A program made the position numbers and the translations under genes. This document shows, piece after piece, positions 1 to 13,220 of a stretch of 64,000 bases of DNA (positions are counted from its first letter, which is position 1; every line of letters begins with the position of its first letter). The notes under the pieces are model-generated. The model was not told the DNA's origin and searched no databases. It saw only the letters and a program-made list of their open reading frames with translations. Source of the stretch: Lytechinus pictus (lineage: Eukaryota); contig NC_087250.1 of NCBI RefSeq assembly GCF_037042905.1, forward strand, positions 9,116,001-9,180,000. Reading direction: 5' to 3'.

Positions 1-678
1 GGCAAACAAAACCTGAATCGGAACGAATTTAATTCACATAAAAAATACATCAAAATCAATATACTGAAAACTCTACCATCAATGATTTATGACGGTGATT
101 GACACATTCTAACTTCAATTGATCCATTCTGGGCTTGAGTAAAATATTACCCGGTCATGACATAGGCCCTAAATGCATGGTGTAAATTTACATCCATTTC
201 AAATTGAGTTTCAATGTGTATTAGGCGTGGCGATTTTATGTGATGCAATGGGGGGAGGCACAAAACGTCACAGCCAAAAATTGTTTGGTGATGTCAAAGG
301 GAGGTTTTCGATAATAGGCGTGGGAGCAAAGCAAGGGAGCTGACAAAAAAAAATCAAGAAAAAGGTGATGAAAAAACTCTTCATATTACTATCAAAATAT
401 ATACATATACCATGTAGTAGGTCAATGGAAAAGAGACGAATCTGGTATATCTATGCATGTTTATAGAGAATTAGTCGGAAAAGGATGATTCCACTCCCCC
501 CCCCCCCCCCCCCGTTCCCGCGCCCCTGGAAAATTAATCTCAACATTTGTATTCGCCTTTTGTATATTGATGGTTCGCAGCTGGCGAATATTATCAGGAT
601 AATGATAATAATGATATACCGGCCTGGGTCTATACATTTTACGAGGCTCACATGCGTTGCCTATTGAATGGAACAAAG

Positions 679-765
679 GATGATGATGATGATAACAATA
701 ATAATAATAACAATAATGATGAGGATAATAATTAGAATAATAAGAGTAGTAGTAGTAGTAGTAGT

Positions 766-835
<70 letters not shown>

Positions 836-892
836 ATAGTAATAGTGTTGTTAATAATAATGATAATAATAATAATAATAATAATGATATTA
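679..892. repeat. Compound trinucleotide microsatellite (ATG/ATA/GTA/GCA)n
   Basis: Directly visible runs of GAT, ATA, GTA and GCA; the poly-I/T/V/A ORFs here are artefacts. Confidence 0.95.
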
Positions 893-932
893 ACAATAAA
901 TGAATAATGCAAAGAAAAATTCAAATTTATAA

Positions 933-1637
933 GCCCCTATTCTGAAGTCAGGTTTAACACATCCTGGTCTGGATGCAAATGAGGAGAATGATGACGTCAT
1001 CCACTCACTATTTATTTTGTATTTTATTATATGAAATATGAAATATTCTAATTTTCTCCTCATTGCCAAGTGAATTAAACAACGATTAATTCCTCCCTGA
1101 ACATGTGGAATTAGCATTGTTTAATACTATATGGTTTAGTCAAGTTGGTCCTTATTGTCAAATTTGTAAAAAATGAAATATTGTATAATTCAAACAATAA
1201 AAAAACAAAAGAAATAGTGAGTGAGGGACATCATCGACTATCTCATTTGCATTTCACTCAGTTGTGTATATCATTGTTTTTTGAAAAATAATCGGAACTT
1301 GTAAAATGTCATAACTTTCTTATTTTACATCCGATTTTGATGAAATTTTCATTGTTGTGCTAGTTAGATTTTTCTCTATTTATTCAAATCAACATTTTTC
1401 TGGGATGGACTTGACCTTTAAGTTGTATGTTTCTTATGTTGACTGTGCTTGATTCATTGGTGGTGAAGACGATCATTTATTTATACTTCCTACACATTAT
1501 TATGAATGATTTGAGAGCCCAATAGGCTGAAATATTATATCTATACTGTTAGTGATTTATGTAACAATTGGCTGTCCGTACTTAAATCACAACTTTAAAC
1601 CCAATTTTAAGTTAAACCCGACTTCAGAATACGGGCC
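933..1637. mobile_element. Harbinger-like MITE shell containing a truncated TTAA-type MITE (about 958-1417)
   Basis: Inverted ends GCCCCTATTCTGAAGTCAGGTTTAA / TTAAACCCGACTTCAGAATACGGGCC; internal segment matches the AGG(T/A)CAAGTCCACC family and ends GGACTTGACCT+TTAA. Confidence 0.55.
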
Positions 1638-1842
1638 ACAGAGTCTGAGTAGACAGACTACTGTTAGTGTTAGAGGTCACGTCGTTTCGGAGGAAAGGGT
1701 CGTAGAAGCCAAGTATGTCAAGGCGTCGACCAATCATACTACAGATCGATGCATTGGCCAGTGGGCTGGAATGTTTGGGAATCAGCATGGAGATCGCCAT
1801 GTTATACTAGTAAGCATGCAGGTTGACAAGTGAGATGAAAAT

Positions 1843-1851
1843 CGCGCGCGC

Positions 1852-1884
<33 letters not shown>

Positions 1885-1893
1885 GGGGGGGGT
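1843..1893. repeat. (CG)n(TG)n(G)n simple repeat
   Basis: Visible alternating purine-pyrimidine run followed by poly-G. Confidence 0.95.
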
Positions 1894-2626
1894 GGTTAAC
1901 TGACAGGCCAAATCAGATTGCGAACACATTGCCAAACAGAAAAACAGTTTTCGTGAGAGCAATTGTGGCGTAACAGAATGAAAACCAGGATCATGATCCA
2001 CAGAGAAAACACGATGGATGCCGAATCATTTTTTTAAATACCGGTAACTTTCGAAATATATTTTTCATAGCTATCCAGGAGGTAGTTAAGAAAGAGAACG
2101 CGAATTGATTCAGTGCGTAATCCATTCTGCACAGTGGCGTACAGATAGGGGCCTTGGGGTGGCGCTTGCCACTCCCCCCTCCCTAATTAAGAAAAGAATA
2201 TCACGACCAAGAGAAAAAATAGATAACGAGAATATGGTGGAATTTATATAATTTTCTGAATAATATGTCACACTCTTATCACAAATTTGAAAAATTGTCT
2301 TGACAATGTTAAAATTTTCGCTCGCAAATTTTAAATAAATTTTGCCCGATACGCCATACCGAACCCCAATTTTTTGGGCTCATTGCGCCACTGATATTCC
2401 ATAACGCCTTTTATAAACTAATCTCAGATGAGAACAATATAATAATAATAATAATAATAATAATGAATTAATGATAATAATAATAAATAAATAATAATAC
2501 ATAACAATATTAAAATTCTTAAAAACGCAAGTCATAACCTAAACAGTCTCCACTTGTGTGAACAGTGTCTATGCGAGTTACTATTTATTATCGAAAAGGG
2601 ATATAGTTGATTCCAGCTACTTTCGA

Positions 2627-4761
2627 TATTTTATTTATTTATTTATTTATTTATTTTGTTTTATTTATTTTATACTGCAGGGTAGGCCTGTTCAGTTCTT
2701 AAAACTGCTTTACAAAGGCGCCCTGCAGTTTAAAATACATGTCAAGATAACTATGAACAACAACAACAAACAACATCAAAAATACAAAATACAAAATATC
2801 TAACATCAGAAACAATTAACACCAAAATATAGAGTGGGAAGTGACAATTTAAACATACATAGCATTGTAAATCAAAGGAATATCATTTCGCTCTTTATCA
2901 ATTCGTATGAAAGGCTTTGCATAATTTTTTAAAAACAAACAAGGAGGTACAAACTTGTAAATTTGAAGGAAGTGCATTAAATAATTTGGGTCCGACATAT
3001 GCGAAAGATTTTCTTTTATGTTCAATTCTAGCTTTGGGAAGCTGAAGGGGGCATCGTAAAGAATACCGTGTCCTGTATTTCACGGGCCGTTTACATACTA
3101 AAGGTTTTAAATAATTTGGAACTAAATCATTGATTATTTTATATACAAGAACACAATACTGATATTTTATACGCTGATCTACTGATTGCCACTTCAGTGA
3201 CTGCAACAAAGAAATTTGTGATGTATTATAATCTTTTTTCAAAAGCATTCTGGCATATTTATTTTGAAGTTTTTGTATCTTATCTAAATGTATTTTTGCA
3301 CTGCTTCCCCAAGATGTAATACAGTAATCAATGTAAGGTAAAACCATAGAAAAGTACAGCTTCTTCATAATATCAAAGGACAGTAAATGCTTAATCCGCC
3401 TTACACAACCTATTGCCCGAGATATTTTACAAACGATATTAGTAATATGTTCGCACCAAGTCAAGCCCGGATCGAGCATGACACCTAAGTATTTAATCTT
3501 TTTTACATTTTCTAATTGTATGTTCCTGAATTTCACTGACAAATGAGCACCCCTCAACTTTTTCTGTTGACCAAATACCATGGCTTTTGTTTTTTTGCGG
3601 GTGTAAATGCATATTATTTAAGTCTAGCCATTTACTTATTGAATCAAAATCATCTTGCAAATACTTTTGTACCTCCTTAATTGATTCACCGTGATTAAAA
3701 ATGGCGGTATCATCAGCATAAAGATACATTTTAGAATGTACATGCAATTTCAAATTACACATGTCATTAATAAAAATACAAAATATCAATGGACCCAGTA
3801 TAGATCCTTGTGGGACACCTGATTTTATCTTCAAAAATTCACTGCGACAATTGTTAATCATTACAAATTGCCTTCTGTCTGTTAAATACGATTCCATCCA
3901 GTTGTATTAATTGCCAGTAATACCATAGTACTTAAGTTTTGCAAGTATAAAATTGTGAGGAATAACATCAAAAGCTTTGCGTAAGTCCAAGAAAATACCA
4001 CCAGTAACATGTTTTCGGTCCATTTTATCATACAAAAAGTCTGTAATCTCAGTTAGACAAGTGGCAGTAGAATAAGACGGTCTGAAGCCAGACTGACAAT
4101 TTGCAAGTAGATCATTTACATTTAAGTACTTATACAATTGATCATGTATTGCTCTCTCTAGTATTTTGGACAGGACTGGAAGCACAGAAATTGGTCTATA
4201 ATTGTCAATATCAAATGATCCTCCCTTATGTACAGGAGTAATTCTTGCTGTTTTAAAATCTTCTGGAATAACACTAGTTTGTAAAGTTGCATTAAATAAA
4301 TGGGTTAAAGGGCCAGCTATACTCTCTGCTGCCAGCTTAAGAAACTTAGGGTGTATGCCATCTACTCCGACCGCTTTCGAACAATCAATATGTAATAGTT
4401 CTTTCAAAACATACTCCTTTTTTATTGCATAAAATTTAAATTCACAATCTGGAATAAACAGAGTTTGTAAATTGTTTAATAAATCTTTCGAGAAATTACC
4501 CGAAGCGGCTTGCAACCTTGAGCCGACTTCATTAAAGGCTTTGTTTAGAACGTGAGCTATTTCATTGTTAGGTATTTGATCATTATCAATTGTTAATTTA
4601 ACATCATGACTCGTGGTTTTATTTTTCTTAGGTATAAGCTTCGATAAAATGTTCCAGTTCTTTTTTATGTCATTTTCGCAGTCCTTAAATTTGTCCTGAT
4701 AATACTTCTTTTTCAAATTTTTAATCAAGTTATTAGCTCTGTTACGGGAAAACTGAAATTA
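2627..4761 (-). mobile_element. 5'-truncated CR1-group (L2/Crack/Daphne-like) non-LTR retrotransposon
   Basis: RT motifs NYRPISVLPVLSKILE, DLRKAFD, GVPQGSILGP, YADDT, KYLGV; (TAAA)n tail at about 2627-2670; 3' stem-loop 2674-2729; interrupted at the 5' side by a TTAA MITE. Confidence 0.93.
2898..4750 (-). pseudogene. Disrupted LINE ORF2 (reverse transcriptase and C-terminal region)
   Basis: ORFs 3907-4728 and 3493-3897 share a frame separated by a premature TAA; frameshift in the T-run near 3590 joins ORF 2898-3581. Confidence 0.92.
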
Positions 4762-4765
4762 TTAA

Positions 4766-5777
4766 AGGGGAATCCAACATTTGTCATAAATGCTGTATGA
4801 GAGAGGAGACAAATATTATAGAATGGAGAAAGTTTGAAAGAAATCTGACAAGCAATAAGAAAGTTATGGCCGTTTTAAAACTGAAATCCGTACGACTGTG
4901 TATATTTCAATTTGGCAACTGGGTAAGTAAATCATAACAAGTGGTAATATAAGGACAACTCCCAAATGCACATGTACTAATTACCAGGGATTAGCAGTTT
5001 TCTCCTAACTACCTATTCCCCTAGGAGAGTATTTTAACAAGTCAGCAAATTTGAACAAGTTAGCATAATTGTTTTATTCCCTCATGAAAGAGTGAGTAAA
5101 AAATTGAGATTCCTAATGTACATTTTCAAATTGGCAGGTGGTTAGTAAAGTTAACTGTATTATTGGGTAAAATTTTAAACAGCCATAGGATAATTATGTG
5201 TCCAACCAATTTGGGGCTGTATTTTACCCAATGCAGGAAGAATATTGTTCAGTAAATATAAAAAAAATAAGCAGCAATTACTTTAGAATGGGCAAAATTT
5301 TCATCACACTGGATAAATAAAAAAGCCCAATATCGGTTGGACACATTATTACCCTCATGGAAAATTTTTACCACATATTTTTTAGAGTGTAAATTATGAC
5401 AAATGGTAGGGGGAGTTTCCATTTATAAGCCAATGATCAGCGGTTTCCCTGGTGTCAGTAATTATAATATAATAAAGGCAGCCTATATTGTGCTATGTCC
5501 TCCCATAAAAGAAATATATCAAATTGATGTGAAACTTAGAAAAAAGGGTCACTTTAGCCACTTTATGTATTGGAGTAAAATGCAAGAGTATAGTCCCTGC
5601 TTTAAATCACTATGATATCACCTATGCGGCCAGTTTGAAGTATCCGTGGGTATACAAATTTGGAATTTCTTATTGCTTGTCCGATATTGTGCAAACTTTC
5701 ACCTATGGGCCTTTATACTTGTCTGACTTTTCTTCTTGTTCTGAAAGCAAGTTTTTTTTTCGGGTTGGATTCCCCCT
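4766..5777. mobile_element. TTAA-flanked non-autonomous DNA transposon (Kolobok-like) with a nested insert
   Basis: TTAA|AGGGGAATCCAAC ... GTTGGATTCCCCCT|TTAA; TTAA TSD with AG..CT termini fits Kolobok rather than piggyBac. Confidence 0.8.
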
Positions 5778-6106
5778 TTAACCAAATCTTGGCTGTAGTC
5801 TGCGGACCGGATGATCATGGTATACTGAATTTCCGATGTTATCCATCCTGTTAATACAACATACATCCCTGGTCATCAAATCAATACTGAATATATTGCC
5901 AAACACCATTTCCGTAATCAGGCCTAGGCTTCTGTCCTTTTGCAACGTATATAGGGATCCCTCAGGTACATTGCATATAGGCTATGTACTGTTTGATAAT
6001 TTAATGATAATAATAATAATAACAAGTAAATAGTAATAATAATAATAACAACAATAGTATCAATAATAATAATTATAATAATAACAACAACAACAATTAA
6101 GAAACA

Positions 6107-6650
6107 ACAATAATGGGCAATAGTTACATTTACAAAGCGCTTCATACTTTGATTTATAAGCGATTTACCTTGTGATTGTTATTACCCTGGTGATAGGATC
6201 CACCGCTGTTCCACACATAAAGTGCTCCATCTCCACTCCCTGGGGAGTATCCTGGCCATGTAACCGTTTACCGGTGCACACATGCTAATCTAATCACATT
6301 GATTTCCACATCCTACCGGGCACCTGGGTGGAGAGCACTAGCGTACCTACGGGGGGGGGGGGGGCAGAGGGGGCAGACTGCCCCCCTGATGAATCACAAT
6401 CCATGCAAGGGACATATCCCTGCCCCCCTGACGAGTCTTGAATACTTTTTTTTTTTGCTTGTCAATTTTTTTTCTGGTACGAAATCCTTTATTTTTGGTT
6501 GAAGACCTTTTGTACGCCACTGGTGGAGAGTGACAAACACGGAGCAAGAGCCTTGCCAAAGGACATTAATTAGCGCAGGGTGGGGATTCGATCCCTCGAC
6601 CCTTGGTTCAAGAGTCAAGTGCCTGAAACAATATACCACGATCCGTCCAC
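6107..6650 (-). mobile_element. tRNA-derived SINE interrupted by a hAT-like MITE
   Basis: Minus-strand head GTGGACGGATCGTGGTATATTG...GGGATCGAATCCC (A/B-box-like); body resembles SINE at 37118-37392; (ATT/GTT)n tail. Confidence 0.7.
6336..6522. mobile_element. hAT-like MITE, 8-bp TSD GTGGAGAG
   Basis: CACTAGCGTAC...GTACGCCACTG termini; TSD at 6328-6335 and 6523-6530. Confidence 0.85.
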
Positions 6651-7006
6651 TAATAAAAACTTGAGAAAAGTTAAATTCCCTAGATTGTTTGACTTTAAAG
6701 GTTTACCATTGCGATAATTTGAGTTTAATAGAATTAGATCTACATTGCTAAAGGATTGATGAAAATTCAACAAAGGATAAGAGCGCTATGCCTATGAATT
6801 TTCATTCTCAAATTTGTGACGTAATACGCGAGCATCTTTCCCATGATTCTGGCTAAATCATGTAATATAAATTTCATAAATTGCATTTTTAAACGAATAT
6901 GATGGTTACAAATATTTTATTACAGAAGGGGGTATCAAAATAACGAATGGTGTGCGTGGCTGATGATCTATCTGGCTGCTCACGTAACTGAAATCACTTT
7001 GACGTA

Positions 7007-7287
7007 GGGCCTTTTCACACGTGAAACTTGAATCATCCTTGTAATGATGTTTGCAATTCGTCTTTTGCATCATCGGACCTTTCACACGCTCACTCGAAAA
7101 CTGTGATAAGAGTGAAACTTAACTGGAATTCACCTCCAGAGTAGAATTTGAATTCGTGATTGTGATTAGCGTTCGTGATTCTAATCATGTTTTGGTTTTG
7201 AGTCACACGTGCTGAAAAATCGTCATTAGCCTTATTTGTAACTGGAATCATCATTCAAATTACTTTTTTTTACCGTGTGAAGGGCGG
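7007..7287. mobile_element. Short TIR MITE (second copy at about 8958-9152)
   Basis: GGCCTTTTCACACG ... CGTGTGAAGGGCGG ends; homologous shorter copy about 2 kb downstream. Confidence 0.65.
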
Positions 7288-7762
7288 GTAGTTTCCTTCA
7301 TTAAAACTTCACCAATTTGTCCCTGCTTTTACATTTCTCTCAGAATACTTATATCAGGTAGGCCTACTATGATTGCCTCCTTTAGACAGGGTAACATCAT
7401 GTTTTCTTTGATTATGAAGCAGAAAAGAAGTATATTCTGTTTTACCCACTTTTTGACAGAGAGCTCCCATGCAGCTGTATTTTGTAATTTGACGAATATT
7501 TGTTTTTTTTTACAAACCAAACAAATATTCATCTTTTCACGATCAATTAATTATATTTTCAAGACACTTCGTATGCTCTTTCAGCGTCCCGGTGCGAAAC
7601 GACTGGAAAAGGCCATTGTGATGTCATATTCCAATATGATTCCCACCTTTGATGACCTCGTCACAGTGGGTAGGGTGAGGGAGAGGAGGGGGGGGGGTGG
7701 GTATATGGGTAGACATGAATCCGGGTTTAGATTGACCTTCACTCTTTCTGGGTCAAACAATA

Positions 7763-8616
7763 GGGTGTGTTTATGCTTCCATTGCGAGGACAGAATCAGC
7801 GTTTTCAAACGTCGATTCAAAACGCCGATCGTAAACGTGGTTCTGGGAGTGCTGTTTATGCTTCACTTTTCAGAGGCGAAATCACGAACTCCAGCTGGCT
7901 TCGCATCGTAATTTTCGTTGAGCAGGAAAGCGAGGTCAAATTGGGCGCGCCCTTTTTCGAAAGTTTTTTTTCCGAGAGTTGTTATAGGGAAGGTACGTTG
8001 ACTGTTATTTAAACATCGAACAATTTCCGATATTTAGTCATTGCATGGAGCTACTTGACATAGCCATATATTTTCCACCATGGTGAGGATAATAGTGAGA
8101 AAAAATAAAGAATATTAAAGTATACATAATAAAATAATAAAACTTCTATTTGTTTATAGGCATCGGGCGATGTCTCCTCATTATAACTCATGTTCCAGGT
8201 TTTTTTTTTTAATCCCTCAGCATTCATCGTGATGACAAATTGGAAGGGTAATACTAGTGATAGTACTTAAATCAATTATCACACATGCAAATGTAACAAG
8301 GGAGATGAGAGGTAATGACAGGTAACATGCGACCATGGAGCAATGCAACTGTATTTGCCCGCGGATTTTCATCTCACCGGAAGCATGCACCAAATGACGT
8401 CATTTAAACACGTTTACGATCGTGGTTCTGTTTATACTTCCCCAGAAAGCCTGATTCTGGTCGAACGACGTTTCCAAACGCACCTTTTTGTGAGTTTACG
8501 ATCGGCGTTTTCAAACAGCGTTTAAATGAATGTAAGCATGGACGCAACCGTGTTTTGGACTCATCACGTTTGGAAACGCTGATTCTGGCCTGAAATGTGG
8601 ACGCATAAACACGGCC
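7763..8616. mobile_element. PIF/Harbinger-like non-autonomous element with long imperfect inverted arms
   Basis: GGGTGTGTTTATGCTTCCA / TGGACGCATAAACACGGCC termini; arms share AGAATCAGCGTTT and AAAACGCCGATCGTAAAC motifs in inverted orientation. Confidence 0.65.
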
Positions 8617-8633
8617 TAACATACCACTACCAG

Positions 8634-8866
8634 CAGTGGCGGATGTGTCCCCCCCCCCCCTTTTGATAGCCATAATCAAAATTTCTAATGTACATGTATA
8701 TATGCCGTTCTTACAAAAGTGAGCCCCCCCCCCTTGAAAGTCACAGGCTCACACCGTGTATTCTTAATAAGAATATGTAGTTTATACACAAGTGAGAACC
8801 CCCCCCCCTTCTTTTTTGCTTGCCAAATTTTACTTATCCTTTTGGAAAATCCTGGATCCGCCCCTG
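8634..8866. mobile_element. hAT-like MITE, 8-bp TSD ACTACCAG
   Basis: CAGTGGCGGAT...ATCCGCCCCTG termini; TSD at 8626-8633 and 8867-8874. Confidence 0.88.
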
Positions 8867-11800
8867 ACTACCAGCAGGTCTCAAAACCTTGACGCATTTC
8901 ATGATATCACGGACTCTCCCGTGAAGCAGGTCCATGATTGATTAGATCAAACTCCTCCGGGCTTTTTCACACGTGGATCTTGAATCATAATTATAATGAT
9001 GATTGCTATTGTAATCGTAACTGTGATTAGCGTTCGTGATTTTAATCATGTTCTAGTTTGGTTTCACACTTGCTAAATATTCGTCATTAGCCTTATTTTT
9101 CACTAGAATCATCATTCAAATTACGATTTTTTTTTACCGTGTGAAAGGGCGGTCCCTTTAATACAATATGCCTGCTTTTATCTCAAAGACACGGAAGTCG
9201 AGTTCCTATTCTTATACAGTGCCGCAATGTCGGTGTCTTTAAATTTTAGTTCTTAGTGTTTAGTTTTGTTTTAGTTTATATGGTGGAACATATAGTATAG
9301 GCCTACATCACAGTTAAGAAGACAAGTCTAGCACTAAAATATGTCTATCTACTCGTGATTTTTGGACTATTGTTTTCAAACAGCAGATTGTATGAAGTAT
9401 AGGCCTTTCTGAGTATTTTTAACATCAGCGATCAAATAAGATTAAACAAAAATCAAATAACCATGAAAGTCCAAATTTGTTTGCATAGAGCAGAAATAAA
9501 AGGACTTAACTTTTTCATAAATCGTTATAACGACACAGTCTCCATATCAAAGATGCCAAGTATCATCACTCTTGATTAAGGTCAGTTGAACTTAAAATAG
9601 TTGGGCAAAAAATGACAAACTTTTAACCAACCCTGGGCAAATTACTGTCCACACAACTATTGGTTAGAAATCTGCCCAAATTAAGTAATAAAAACTAATA
9701 ATTGGGAAATAAATTTGCTCAATCGGATAACAATTGCCCAGAATATAAAATTGTTTTACCAACATACATTACCCAACACAGTGGACAGTATTTGCCCAAC
9801 ACTTTAAGTGCGTATCTTTACTAAACTATTACATATATCATCAGAATGATAAGGAAAAGTGACAAATTAAGTCAAGCTATTTATAGATTAAAAAAACCGG
9901 AACAAACAAAAGGTAATATAATCCTCCATTGAAGGTTGAGACATTAGATAAAGGTATTAGGCCTACATAAACACGATACATATCGGAAGTGGTACTCGAA
10001 ACAAGGAGGTAATGCCTGATAATGTAAAAAAGCCCGCGAAATATTGGAAAAGGTTCTCGAAGCGCGAAGCAAGGATAAAGTAATGCTTGATGATGAAAAT
10101 ATTGAAAAAAACACGATAAAATAATATTGGAAGTGGTACTCTAAGCAAGGATACAAGTTAAATGATTGGTAGTGAAAGAAAACTAATATTACCTCTATTT
10201 TGATTATTTGAGGGGCATTACACACAGAGGATCGAATAGAAAACAAATCTCTACATAAAAAGAGGGGTGAATTGAATAAAATTATGTTGATAAATTAAAT
10301 TACTGTCAATAATACATGAAATAAAAGATGACACAAAATTTAAAATCCAGAAAAAAATCATAAGTAGATTTCTAGGTGTGTATTAGGAGCGGGTGGGGTT
10401 AGTCTGCTGTGCAAACCCCTCATTCGAGTTAAAGGGTGATCCAGGCTAGAGATATATCATGAAATTTTCAGCATTTTGCTCTGAATTTTACTCTATTTAC
10501 GTGTAGATATAAATATTTTCAGCCCGGAGCATCCCTTTAAGGGAGACCCACTTGATGATCAAAGTTTCAATCAGGGTCTGTGTCTGCAGACTAGGTGGGG
10601 GTAGCCCCAAAAGGAAGTGCATTGCAACAGGTTGCAACACAAACCTGCTCTGGTTTGTCAATAAATTTTACCACCTACGCGGAAACTGAAAACGAAAGTA
10701 AAAGATGGTTCCGGGTCGGAGAGACTAAACAGTTTAGATTAAAAAAAAGTATTTTTCTATTCATCCGCTCCGCCAGATAAAGGTCAAGCTTTATTTCCTT
10801 ATACCAAAACGAATATTGCACCATTTCACACTAATCCCTGATCACCTCTATGTTTTTTTTAATGTAGCCTGTAGTTAATGCAAAGTCAAATACGTTTCTT
10901 GTCATATATATATTTAACAAATTATTCTATTTTGCAGGAAAGAAAATACAAAATGTTTTATTTTCGGGTGGAAAAAATGATAAAATCAGCTATTTCTTCC
11001 TGAATAAGCTTATCTATCAGGCTGCGCGGGCAAAGCGAGCAAGCAAAACACTGCCTCCTTGTGGAATAAAATGGAATATGGAATTATGTGACAGGATGAA
11101 TGTTAGAATCGTTCAGAAATAATCCGAATTTAACATTTCTATGTACCCTTTTATTACTGTTATTTGCTCATTTTTGGGGTAGGAAGGGGCATGAGGGGGG
11201 GGGGGGGTTGGTGGCCATGCACTCCACTCCCTCAAAAAACGTAACAAATAATAATAGTAACAAAAATGAGAAAAGAACAAAGGAAAATAAAGAGACGAGG
11301 TGAAATATAATATTATTTTCTGAAAATGATGTAGTAATGATAATCTATCGGAAAATTTGATTTGTCTTTGAAAAGGTCGAATTTTTTGCTCGCTCGATTC
11401 GCTTGCTCGTAGCTGTTAATAAATTTGGCCCCTTGTTCGTCATTTCTGCCCCCTCATTTTTTGGTTGTGGGGGGGGGGGGGGGGCTTATGACGCCACTGC
11501 AATGTAATGACCCCTGTTAGTGGAAGAGTCACACTAAAGAATCTGACTCGACACCGATTAATGTAGTTTTCAACAATATAGGATCGGTCGGTATGGATTT
11601 GGTTTCCCACAAGTGACTGAGACACAAGCCGGGTCCCGTAACACAAAGGTTAGCGATTAATTGTACGCTTGAATATTACGATTGATTGATAAGCTTTGTG
11701 TAACGGGCCTCAGGACGGAAACGTAGCAAGAGTTTAGAAAACGTTTTTATCTGATCCAATTTCGTAATTAAATCCAGACCAGAGTGATACACTTTCCAAA

Positions 11801-13220
11801 CGTTTCGGTGTCCGACGTCGTTCTTGTTTATCATGTTCGACCAATGCAAAGATCTGACATGAAAGTAATCGCTGGCCTAGGCCTAGAGTAGTGGAGGGGG
11901 GGGGGGGGTTGAGGGTATGTATAGGGGGGCAATGGACCCCCTAAATGTTTCAACCCCCCCAAAAAAAAATGAAAACAATGATAAATGATTAGGCCCTAAG
12001 GTTATATGTCAAAATCTATGGTAATTCCACATATTCAGGGAGGAAGAAATCTTTGCTTCACAGAAGAATGGGCATGATGGGGAAACGGTTAGAATATTTC
12101 ATATTTGAGTGACATCATCGGTCTCCTCATTTGCATACTGACCAGGATGTTCATATAACTGTTTTGCGAAATTAAGCGAAACTTTAAAATGTCATACCTT
12201 TCTTATACACTGTAAAACAAATGAAGTGCTAATTTAGCACTTACAGTACTTGTATAGTGACTGCACTACGGGTGCTGATTTTCTAGTTTTAAATTTAAAC
12301 TAGAAAATCAGCTTAATTTCACAAAACAGTAAATGCCCATCCTGGTCGGTATGCAAATGAGAAGACTGATGACGTCATCCACTCACTATTTCTTTTGTAT
12401 TTTATTTTATGAAATAAGAAATATTCAAGTTTTCTACTCATTATCAAGTGAAACCACAATTGATTCCCCCAGAATATGTGGAATCAGCATTGTTTAATAC
12501 TAATGAAATTTTGTATAATTCAAATGATAAAAGACAAAAGAGACATAAATAGTGAGTGAGGGACATCATCAACTGTCTCATTTGCATGTCACTGAATTGT
12601 GCAGAACACTGATAAGCGAAACTTTAAAATGTCGTAACTTCCTTATTTTACATCCGATTTGATGAAAATTTACAGCGTTATGCTTGTTTGATATTTCTAT
12701 ATCGATTCAATTCAACAATTTTCTCGGGTGGACTTGACCTTTAATAGATTCAAAATTAATTTGTTGGCTGAACTTTAAAAACCAGCTCGTTTTTTTTTTG
12801 TTCCATGGTTCAACACCCACAACGCTCATATATTCAGACACAGATCCCATTGTCAAACCTGTAACAAAATTGAAGTATTGTATACTTCAGACAATAAAAA
12901 TTAAAAGAAATAGTAATGAAGGGCATTTCCATATCACTAACATGTGCATACAGGCCCAACTGATTGTGAAAAAACAAGCAAAACTTCAAAGTGCCATAAC
13001 TTTCTTATTTTAAATCCGATTTTGATGAAAATTCCAGTGTTATGCTTGTTTGAATTTTCCCTATTGATTCAATAAATCATGTATGCACTGTTAGAAAATG
13101 TATCCTTAAAATAAAAGAAGTTCATGCAGCAGAGTATCGAGAACACCTGTAATCTTACCAGATTGCGTAATCTTACAGGAAATTGGTATTTGGTGTATGG
13201 AACCTTACAATTTTCCTTAA

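Noticed and set aside
661..924. Poly-Ile/Thr/Ala/Val ORFs and similar low-complexity ORFs elsewhere (34385-34769, 39695-39974, 56654-57042, 62213-62522)
   Set aside because: Translations of microsatellites and homopolymer tracts
4762..4775. piggyBac assignment for the TTAA-flanked MITEs
   Set aside because: Termini are AGG...CCT rather than the CC(C/T)...(A/G)GG typical of piggyBac; Kolobok fits better
7369..7911. 180-aa ORF
   Set aside because: Crosses a MITE boundary and a poly-G tract, with no recognisable domain
9972..10185. CRISPR-like repeat-spacer appearance
   Set aside because: Repeats are degenerate, spacers are related to each other, the context is eukaryotic and there are no cas genes
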